Of a stretch of DNA of 64,000 nucleotides, positions 28,011-35,858 are shown one piece after another. The position numbers were made by a program, and so were the translations under genes. This DNA is from Candidatus Poribacteria bacterium. GTDB lineage: Bacteria; Poribacteria; WGA-4E; WGA-3G. The notes below the pieces were generated by a model. The model made no database searches. It was not told the origin of the DNA and saw only the letters and a program-made list of their open reading frames with translations. The stretch spans positions 1,056,001-1,120,000 of the forward strand of contig OZ251518.1 of assembly GCA_965242965.1 (NCBI GenBank). Reading direction: 5' to 3'. Within the stretch, counting starts at the first letter, position 1. The number at the start of each line of letters is the position of its first letter.

Positions 28011-28695
28011 AGGGTGTTTCGTATCTCGATGGCTTCCCGGTAGGCGAGACCTCGGGGTCTTGATGCAATATCGGGTAGGCGAGACCTCCCGGTCTCGATG
28101 CAATAGGGCGGCAGAAAGCCTCTCCTTCATCGTAGGGCGAGGGCCTGTCCCTCGCCAGCGTCCGCACACTCCAACGATCGCGGGGGACAGGCCCCCGCGC
28201 TACGGTTGTCAAGGCCGCCTCTCCTTCACCGTAGGGCGAGGGCCTGTCCCTCGCCATGCTGCGAATAACCCAACGCTCGCGGGGGACAGGCCCCCGCGCT
28301 ACGGTTCTCAAGGCTGCCTCTCCTTCACTCGCGGGGGACAGGCCCCCGCGCTACGGTTGTCAAGGCCGCCTCTCCTTCATCGTAGGGCGAGGGCCTGTCC
28401 CTCGCCATCGCTCGCGCGCCAGGCTCTGTAGGTCAGGATCGCCTGATCCTGACCCGTTTGTGATCAGGCGATCACAAACTACAGAGAGGAACGAAAAAAA
28501 CGGAGCGCGTTCTTTTAGGTCCGTAGGACCTAAAACGCCATCTCTTGCCGATGGAGATCGCGGGGGACAGGCCCCCGCGCTACGGTAAAAAAAACGGTTC
28601 TTGAGACATCGCGGGGGAAACCCGCTCGGATGCGCGTGTGGCATCCGAGGGGCCCCGCGCTACGGGAACATCGAGACCAGGAGGTCTCTCCTACG
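28011..28695. repeat. REP-like cluster beginning with TIR-like GAGGGTGTTTCGTA
   Basis: Repeated GTAGGGCGAGGGCCTGTCCCTCGCC / CGCGGGGGACAGGCCCCCGCGCTAC pairs. Confidence 0.85.
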
Positions 28696-28767
28696 GGAAA
28701 ATCGAGGGTGGGCGCGGCAACGGATTTATGGAATACTATCAGAATAATAGTCTGCTGGATAATCCTA

Positions 28768-29232
28768 ATGAAAACCTTTCGCTTCATTACACACCAGACG
28801 ATTGAACGGCAGCTCCCCGAGGTCTTCGCGTTCTTTTCGGATGCGCATAATCTGGCGACGATTACGCCGCCGTGGCTACGCTTTGAGGTGCTGACACCGG
28901 CACCGATTGTGCTGCAAGTAGGCACGCGGATTGACTATCGGTTGAAACTCCGCGGTATCCCCCTCCGTTGGCAGAGCGAGATAACGGCATGGCATCCGCC
29001 GCAGTCGTTCACGGATGAACAACGCCGCGGGCCTTACCGTCTCTGGCGGCATACGCATACGTTTGAAGAGACTGCGGCTGGCACCGTCGTCGGCGATGAA
29101 GTGGAATACGCCGTGTGGGGAGGTTCAGTGGTGAATACGTTGTTCGTTCGGCGGGATATAGCGAAAATTTTCGCGTATCGCGCCGAGACATTGGACGAAC
29201 TGTTTCACAGAAAGAACAACAATCCCCGATAA
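28768..29232 (+). CDS. SRPBCC-family protein
   Basis: EVFAFFSDAHNLATITPPWL, FTDEQRRGPYRLWRHTHTF. Confidence 0.9.
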   Translation: MKTFRFITHQTIERQLPEVFAFFSDAHNLATITPPWLRFEVLTPAPIVLQVGTRIDYRLKLRGIPLRWQSEITAWHPPQSFTDEQRRGPYRLWRHTHTFEETAAGTVVGDEVEYAVWGGSVVNTLFVRRDIAKIFAYRAETLDELFHRKNNNPR

Positions 29233-29873
29233 AATCTGAGGCGTTCATAATAACGCATCACTTTTTCGACGTAGTTCCGCGTCTCATCTGAACCGAGGAA
29301 ATAGCCGTGCGGCGGCTTTCCTTTCACGGGCCAGACGCGGCGGTGCAGTTGTGCATCTGCTGCCGTCAACCGCGAGAGTTCGCGGCTCACTTCTTTCCAT
29401 TCTAACGGATTTCCCTGCTGATACCGAACGATTTTTTGTGCGTCTCGGACGCGCCCTTTTCCGCCGTTGTAACTTGCTAGCGCGAGCCGGATGCGGGTTT
29501 CGTGCGGCGCGTCCGAAAATGCGTCATATAACTGCCGCAGGTATTTTGTCGCACCAGCGATGTTCTGCGCCGCATCAAACGGGTCGCGGACACCGAGTTC
29601 TTTTGCCGTGGCGGGCATGAGTTGTGCCAAACCTTGCGCGCCGACACTGCTGACAGCGTATTCGTCAAATCCAGATTCCTGCACGATGAGCGCGCTTATC
29701 AAAAGCCAATCTAGTCGCTGCTCCCGTGCATGTTTCTGAAGTGTCTGCCGGTATTTGAGGATTTTCGGGGACAGCGCGAACAACCGAAAGTCCTGTGTGC
29801 TGTCAATGCCAGCATTGAACAGGAAGATGAGTGCGACTGTTGCAATGATGAAAAAAAAGGTGCGTTTGCGCAT
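29205..29873 (-). CDS. Lytic transglycosylase (SLT domain, MltF-like catalytic domain)
   Basis: QESGF, AVSSVGAQGLAQLMP, ALASYNGG, ETRNYV; N-terminal membrane anchor; start uncertain. Confidence 0.9.
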   Translation of the reverse strand: MRKRTFFFIIATVALIFLFNAGIDSTQDFRLFALSPKILKYRQTLQKHAREQRLDWLLISALIVQESGFDEYAVSSVGAQGLAQLMPATAKELGVRDPFDAAQNIAGATKYLRQLYDAFSDAPHETRIRLALASYNGGKGRVRDAQKIVRYQQGNPLEWKEVSRELSRLTAADAQLHRRVWPVKGKPPHGYFLGSDETRNYVEKVMRYYERLRFYRGLLFFL

Positions 29874-30095
29874 TTTTTGTTGTTCGCGAGGCGTTCGATT
29901 AGGGTTTTTGGTGCGATGACGTTTTTCTGCGTAACCCCGCATGCGCCGTTGTTGCATGCTGCGGTTTCGTTTTTCGCAAGGCGTTTGACAAGGGTTTCTG
30001 GTGTAATGCCGTTTTTCTGCGTCCCGTTCGGGCTCAGGCGAGCCCGAACTACAGTCTTTTATGTTTCTCCGCGTCGTTTTCGACAGAATTTGGGA

Positions 30096-31658
30096 TTACC
30101 AGAGATATCCGAGTTGGAGGAACGCCTGATGCCCCTGGGCTGTTTTTCCTGCCGAGTGTTGATAATTTCGGGTATGTTGCCATGCGTAAGTGAGCCGGGC
30201 ATTCCACGCGCGGCGCGGGCGATATGTCACCGTTCCGCCGAACGCCGTGATACGTTCAACGACACCTGTCGGAAACGGCAACGCGTCAAAATCTTCGCCA
30301 TAAAACCGGTCGGCGATGGTCCCTTCTCCATTGCGTGAGAAGCGCGCGGCGAGCTCTGCCTTGGTGGAGACGGTGAACTGATAGGCGGCGCGCATCGTGA
30401 ACGTATCGGCATCGGTGCCGATGGGATGCCCTATCATCTCGCCGAAGTGCGTGAATTGGTTCTCCGGAACGAGGTGCGTATACGCCCACCGATTGACGCG
30501 CGCGTATTCGGTATGGATGCCGAGTTGACGCGCTAGTTTTTTTGGATACCACTCTACACCACAGAGCCAAGCGACAGCGTGCGGGTCCCGAGCTCCCGGC
30601 ACGTATTGAAAATCGTCAATAAGCCATTCACCATAGAGACGAACACCGTCAACAGGCCGGATAGCGATGTCAAAAGCGAACATGACGTTATCGTCCGCTT
30701 TGGCGTTATACTGCAAGGCGTAGTAAAACGTGACCGGGTTTGCGTATTTGAAATCCAGCGTTTGTGCGTCCCCGCCATAAAGCACCCATTCCGCAATGCC
30801 GATTTCGAGTCTGTCGTTGTGTTGATAATCCAGCCGATGTCCGCTGAGATAACGTTTTGCCAAGTAGCGGATATTTTCGTCGTTCCACGTTGCATCGAGT
30901 TGCGCGGTGAATGCAGTGGCTTTGAATTTTCCAAACGTTCCGGTGAGCCGCACCTGGTCAAACGGCGGCGAGTTATCTGAAATGCCGACAGATGTTTGCG
31001 GACTGGCACCCCAGAAAATTGCGTCTCTTCCCATCAACACGTTGAATTGTCCGGCGTTGATTTGCACGTATCCCCTTTTAACGTTCGCAGTATATCCGCC
31101 GCGCCATCGTTCAAGGCGTTGTTCTGCGGATGTGCCTTTCGCGGCGGGGGGATATAGAAAATTGTTTGAGTGATAAGGTTCATCAAAATTGTGTGCTTCG
31201 CATTCGGTATAGAGCGTGAGGTTTCCGTGCTGATAGTGAAACGCGCCTTGAAGTGCGGGCGCGATTTTCTCGGTTGTGGCGCGCAATTCCGGAAAAATTA
31301 ACGTAGTCGTTGACAATGTTGATGACGTTGACGTTGATGGCGGTATAGAAAATTCGCGTTTTAACTTCTCCAAGAGTTTCCTATCTATTTCCGAAGGCAC
31401 CACAACGCCTGTCTGAATGCGCGTTTCCGCCCGATGCAGTATCGCTACTACCTCCTCGCGGGAGAGAGGGGCAGTGTGGCGATGGAAACCGCCGGTGACA
31501 CCGTCTGTTTCTAGTTTAGCGAGTGCCTCGGTTACCCAACCGTCGAGATTTAGCGGCGGATTGGGTGCGGCGTATGCTGTCGATAGCCAGAGGAGGCACG
31601 CGATGACAACGAGAGCAGGATTTTCAAGATGTCCAAGATGTCCAAGATTAGGTTTCAC
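30096..31658 (-). CDS. Capsule assembly Wzi-family outer-membrane protein
   Basis: Signal peptide ending STAYA; GRDAIFWG, ISDNSPPFD, YGEWLIDD, IGHPIG; terminal W; start uncertain (GTG 31658 or TTG 31724). Confidence 0.75.
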   Translation of the reverse strand: MKPNLGHLGHLENPALVVIACLLWLSTAYAAPNPPLNLDGWVTEALAKLETDGVTGGFHRHTAPLSREEVVAILHRAETRIQTGVVVPSEIDRKLLEKLKREFSIPPSTSTSSTLSTTTLIFPELRATTEKIAPALQGAFHYQHGNLTLYTECEAHNFDEPYHSNNFLYPPAAKGTSAEQRLERWRGGYTANVKRGYVQINAGQFNVLMGRDAIFWGASPQTSVGISDNSPPFDQVRLTGTFGKFKATAFTAQLDATWNDENIRYLAKRYLSGHRLDYQHNDRLEIGIAEWVLYGGDAQTLDFKYANPVTFYYALQYNAKADDNVMFAFDIAIRPVDGVRLYGEWLIDDFQYVPGARDPHAVAWLCGVEWYPKKLARQLGIHTEYARVNRWAYTHLVPENQFTHFGEMIGHPIGTDADTFTMRAAYQFTVSTKAELAARFSRNGEGTIADRFYGEDFDALPFPTGVVERITAFGGTVTYRPRRAWNARLTYAWQHTRNYQHSAGKTAQGHQAFLQLGYLW

Positions 31659-31856
31659 GTTGATTAACAGTTTCCTTGGGTTCCGATGGCGTTTGGCCCT
31701 CGGATTTTTTGACGAGTGCGTCAAGACGAAGCAGGATTTACACGATTTACACGATTTACACGATTTACACGATTTCTAAGATTAGGTTTCACGTTGATTA
31801 ACAGTTTGCTTGGGTTGCGCTAGCGTTTGGCCCTCGTGTTTTTTGACGAGTGCGTC
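31644..31856. repeat. 79-bp imperfect direct repeat (period 134) around a 9-bp (CACGATTTA)n array
   Basis: 31644-31722 matches 31778-31856, the 3' end of nadE. Confidence 0.85.
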
Positions 31857-33983
31857 GATGCGGCGGAACTGCCATGTCCAGCGCGTCTGATAGAGGAACT
31901 GCCGCAAGTCAAACCGATTATCGTCCGGCGAGTAGGATTCGGCGTGGTAAGATGGCGTTAACGTTGTCATTTTGTGGCGATTGCTGGCGTAATGGGTGAA
32001 AAAGCGTTTCACCTTCTCGGCGACTTTGCGCGGCGGCAAAGTGTCCCACTCCTCAAGCAGTTTTTCAAACATGCTGACGGGCCCGCACCGTTCCATCTTT
32101 CGGAGTTGCCCGAATCGGCTCAATTCGGCATAAGTCATCCCCATATCATCCTCGTCTCTTTGCGTGTAGGTTTCGGTGATAGGTTCTAATTCGGCGGTTG
32201 GCGGTGCCTCAACAATTTCGGCGAGGGTGGTATAACCGAGGTGGTGTTGGGCCCACTGCAGAAATCTCCGAAGATCACGCTTGCTGATTCCGCCGATGGG
32301 ATTGATGTCGCCGCTGCTGCAATCATATTTTGTGAGGTAACCGCGCAGTGCTTCGTCAACGTTGCCTGTGCCGAGGACGAGCAGCGTTCCCTGTCGGTTA
32401 CGCACCCAGGGTAAGGTTTGCGCGAACAAATAGCTGAGCACCATCCGCAGGCGCGCTTGGATATTTTGGAGTGCTTGATTCTCCGTGTGTGAGCCGCCCT
32501 CCACTTTGAAACGCGGTGTTTTTTGGGTAATGCGCGTAAAAAGTGTTTTCAACGCAGTAACGAGCGCGTCCATATTGATGTCCAGATGATACGCGCCGAT
32601 TTGTTCTGCCAAGCGTTTCGCGCGCCGTTGCGTCTCGCGGGAACTATTCTCCGTGCCGAGGTAACAGGTATAGAGCAGCCGATTCGCTAGCACACTCGGT
32701 ACTGTGAAAACATCGGGGGTTTCGTCGCCGCGCAGCCACCGCCTTACGTCAGCGATAACCGTCGCCTCCTTTTCGCGAACGGCTCTCGCGACGAGTTGGC
32801 ACATTGAACCGACGAGCGTTGCAACTGCCCCGCTATCCGCGCCGCCGGAGAGCGGAATGAAGTAACCTTCGGCACCGGAACGACGCAGGTAATCCCACAG
32901 CCAACAAGCGGGCCCAAGCGCAATCTCCTCTTCAGGGATGTGATACCGCGGCTCAATAGGAGTGGTGTTATGAAAGCGAGACAGCGACTTCTCTCCTACC
33001 GGCGAATTCTGCTCGGATGCAGTGAACGGCGACTGCAATTCTGTAAATCCTGTAAATCCTGTAAATCCTGCTTCAAAATCGACATCAATCTGTGGCAGTT
33101 TCTCCGTTTGACTTGCCTGCACGGTGCGACTCGCCTTGGCCCCGCGATAGGAACGGACATCGTGCAAGTTCACCGTTGCCGTGACGACTTCCACATCTGA
33201 TAGCGAGAATTGTGAACCTTGCGCGAGGAGCTCGCCGTTTTGCGCAATCAGTGCGCAGCCGTCAAAATAGAGGCGGCCCCCATCGCAACCCTGCTGGTTC
33301 GCGTAAAGGTAAACGCCGCCGTTTTTCTCAGTTGCGTTCCGGATAAGCGCGATACGCGTATCCAATTTGCGTAACTCATGGTGTGAACCGGAACCGTTGC
33401 CGATAATCTCAACGCCGGCATTACCGAAGTGGATATGCGGACTCATCGGCGCGAACAACTCCTCGCATGTTTCCGATGCCAAGAGGGTATCGCCGAGGGC
33501 AATGGCGGCGATGCCGATAGGCACGGTGCATTGCCCGGTAATCGCGGCAATCTCGCGGGGGAGGCGATAGGGTTCGGTTTGCCACCCGTGCTGCCATGCG
33601 GCGAACCACCGCTGTTCGCGATAGTTGCCATCGCCCGCGAGAATCAGTTTTGGACGAATAAGCAGCAGCTTGCCATCTAACACGAAGACGCGGCAGTTGT
33701 ATCGGACATTCTTGTGCATCACCGGCATGCCGATGTCACAGAGGATGCCGTTGCTGTGGCCGCCTTCAAGAATGCAAGCGAGTGCCTCCCAACTGTGCCA
33801 GAGGGTATCCTGCTCCAAAAAATGGTCTTCGCAAGAATAGCCGGTGACTTCCAACTCCGGCCCTAACCGATACCGCGCGCCGCGCGCTTTGGCGATTTCA
33901 ATTGATTCAATAATACGCGCCGTGTTCCCTTCAAAGTCAAGGCTCCACTGGTTGAGGTTGCACGTTGCAAGAATCGTTTTCAT
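31782..33983 (-). CDS. nadE: Glutamine-dependent NAD+ synthetase (eukaryote-type sequence)
   Basis: Nitrilase domain with E/K/C triad (GPELE, IRPK, ETCEE); PLSGGADS; QNIQARLR; [21 protein letters not shown]. Confidence 0.95.
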   Translation of the reverse strand: MKTILATCNLNQWSLDFEGNTARIIESIEIAKARGARYRLGPELEVTGYSCEDHFLEQDTLWHSWEALACILEGGHSNGILCDIGMPVMHKNVRYNCRVFVLDGKLLLIRPKLILAGDGNYREQRWFAAWQHGWQTEPYRLPREIAAITGQCTVPIGIAAIALGDTLLASETCEELFAPMSPHIHFGNAGVEIIGNGSGSHHELRKLDTRIALIRNATEKNGGVYLYANQQGCDGGRLYFDGCALIAQNGELLAQGSQFSLSDVEVVTATVNLHDVRSYRGAKASRTVQASQTEKLPQIDVDFEAGFTGFTGFTELQSPFTASEQNSPVGEKSLSRFHNTTPIEPRYHIPEEEIALGPACWLWDYLRRSGAEGYFIPLSGGADSGAVATLVGSMCQLVARAVREKEATVIADVRRWLRGDETPDVFTVPSVLANRLLYTCYLGTENSSRETQRRAKRLAEQIGAYHLDINMDALVTALKTLFTRITQKTPRFKVEGGSHTENQALQNIQARLRMVLSYLFAQTLPWVRNRQGTLLVLGTGNVDEALRGYLTKYDCSSGDINPIGGISKRDLRRFLQWAQHHLGYTTLAEIVEAPPTAELEPITETYTQRDEDDMGMTYAELSRFGQLRKMERCGPVSMFEKLLEEWDTLPPRKVAEKVKRFFTHYASNRHKMTTLTPSYHAESYSPDDNRFDLRQFLYQTRWTWQFRRIDALVKKHEGQTLAQPKQTVNQRET

Positions 33984-33984
33984 G

Positions 33985-34280
33985 AGCAGGATTTCCAAGA
34001 GTGAGCAGGATTGAGCAGGATTTACAAGATTATCAAGATTTCGCAAGATATGAGCAGGATTTACAAGAGTATCACGATTAGGAGCAGGATTTTCAAGAGA
34101 AGACAAGATTTCACAAGATTAGGTTTCTGGTGCGCCGGCCCGGTTGGGCAGGCCCCGGGGCATTGGTGCATCATGCCCTAGAATCGTGGTAAATCATGAT
34201 AATCGTGCAAATCCTGCTCCTAATCGTGGTAAATCGCGATAATCGTGCAAATCCTGCTCCTAATCCTGCAAATCTTGCTC
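33985..34280 (+). repeat. Composite element: CAGGATTT arm, GC-rich core, inverted AAATCCTG arm
   Basis: Core TGGTGCGCCGGCCCGGTTGGGCAGGCCCCGGGGCATTGGTGCATCA; inverted copy at 35588-35837. Confidence 0.85.
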
Positions 34281-35571
34281 ATGTCTTCTGTGGCTTCTTA
34301 CGCGCCGCGGGAAACAGGATATTGTTTAGTATCAACCGATACCCCGGCGAATGTTTGTGCAAATCCAAATTCGTCGGAATTTTGCCTTCGCCGACGAGGT
34401 GACGGTAATCCTCCGGATCGTGCCCCCCAAGGAACGTAAACGTGCCTTTGCCGAGTTTGCCGTGGATATACTTCGCATAGTTTGTCCCTTCTACCTGCCC
34501 CAGAATCGTGATAGAACCGCGGATAGTAGCCATGTTAAACGATGTCGTCTGCCCAAGATAACCGGGGACAACGCTCACATGATTTTGCGTGAGCATCGTT
34601 GGAATCGGATCGTGCTTAGCAGCGAACTCAAACAAGGTAAAATCCTCAACCCCACTCTGTGCATCCATGTCCGGACGCGGATTGTCTATATCCGAAAATT
34701 CATAACGGAACGGATTCGTGTAGAGCGTGAAATTTTCAAACGCGAGCGTCCGCTGAAAGTCTAATTTTGCCTGTCCGTTCGCATCTATCGGCGTTCCATC
34801 TAATTCCGGTGCGACGATGTCCACGGCACCACCGCCTGTCGCCAGCGCGATGTCCAGCGTTTCGGGTGCAGAGCACATCGCGAAGATAAATCCGCCGTTG
34901 GTGATGTAGTCCGCAATCATCTGTGCTGTCTGTCCTTTGTGGCGTGCGACGCGCCGGAAACCGGCTTCGTCGGCGGCTTTCTCAAACATCAGCATCCGCT
35001 GCTGATACCAGACCTGGGTGGAGAAAGCGGCGTGGAATTTGCCGTGCTGCCCAGTGAAATCCTCGTGATGGAGGTGCAGCCAGTCGTAGCCTTGCGTCTG
35101 TAGGATGCCGTTCTGCACGTCTTTATCCCAAATTTCGTCGTAAGGAATTTGCGCGTAATCCAGCGCGATTTTAACGGCATCGTCCCAAGGGTCGCGATAC
35201 GGCGAATGCTCTGATGGCGCGTAGACTGCAATCTTCGGTGCTTTCTCCAACAGAATCTCGTCCATGTTGTTGCTCTGAAGGACCGAATCTTTGATAGTGT
35301 TGTATTCAGCGAGGCTCATCGGTTCAAAACGCACGTCCATGAGTGCGGCGCGCACGCGCACGTTTTGCGCATCGGGAAGGACGAACGCGCCGCCGCGGTA
35401 GTTTAACCACCAATAGCATCGATATTCACGCGGTGCTTCTAACGCCCAGTAGGTGAGCCCGTAGGCTTTGAGATGGTTTGTCTGCGCGCCGCTTTCCATC
35501 GGAATGATGAGCCATTGTGCGGCGGCGGTATTCATTAGTAGGAAAAAAAAGCAGAAGTAAAAATGTTTCAT
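34279..35571 (-). CDS. Conserved secreted protein of unknown function (family often auto-labelled asparagine synthetase B in Bacteroidota)
   Basis: Signal peptide; IPME..QTNHLKAYG, LNYRGGAF, YDWLHLHHEDFTGQHGKF, FAMCSA, GGHDPEDYRH, YRLILNNILFPAA. Confidence 0.85.
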   Translation of the reverse strand: MKHFYFCFFFLLMNTAAAQWLIIPMESGAQTNHLKAYGLTYWALEAPREYRCYWWLNYRGGAFVLPDAQNVRVRAALMDVRFEPMSLAEYNTIKDSVLQSNNMDEILLEKAPKIAVYAPSEHSPYRDPWDDAVKIALDYAQIPYDEIWDKDVQNGILQTQGYDWLHLHHEDFTGQHGKFHAAFSTQVWYQQRMLMFEKAADEAGFRRVARHKGQTAQMIADYITNGGFIFAMCSAPETLDIALATGGGAVDIVAPELDGTPIDANGQAKLDFQRTLAFENFTLYTNPFRYEFSDIDNPRPDMDAQSGVEDFTLFEFAAKHDPIPTMLTQNHVSVVPGYLGQTTSFNMATIRGSITILGQVEGTNYAKYIHGKLGKGTFTFLGGHDPEDYRHLVGEGKIPTNLDLHKHSPGYRLILNNILFPAARKKPQKT

Positions 35572-35587
35572 TAGTCGTTACTCCGAG

Positions 35588-35837
35588 TAGGATTTAGAGC
35601 AGGATTTTGAACAGGATTTGCACGATTATCAAGATTTCACAGGATTAGGAGCAGGATTTGCACGATTATCATGATTTACCACGATTCTAGGGACTGATGC
35701 ACCAATGCCCCGGGGCCTGCCACAACCGGGCCGGCGCACCAGAGCCCTAATCTTGTGAAATCTTGAAAATCCTGCTCTAAATCGTGATAATCTTGTAAAT
35801 CCTGCTCATATCTTGGTAATCTTGTAAATCCTGCTCC
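35588..35837 (-). repeat. Inverted copy of the 33985-34280 composite element
   Basis: Reverse complement aligns over ~240 bp, including the unique core. Confidence 0.85.
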
Positions 35838-35858
35838 GGATTTGCAAGATGACTATCC

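Noticed and set aside
33984-34106. N-terminal extension of NadE in the ORF track
   Set aside because: Made entirely of 9-bp repeat sequence; homology begins at [13 protein letters not shown]
34279-35571. Asparagine synthetase AsnB
   Set aside because: No N-terminal Cys Ntn domain or SGGLDS motif, and it has a signal peptide
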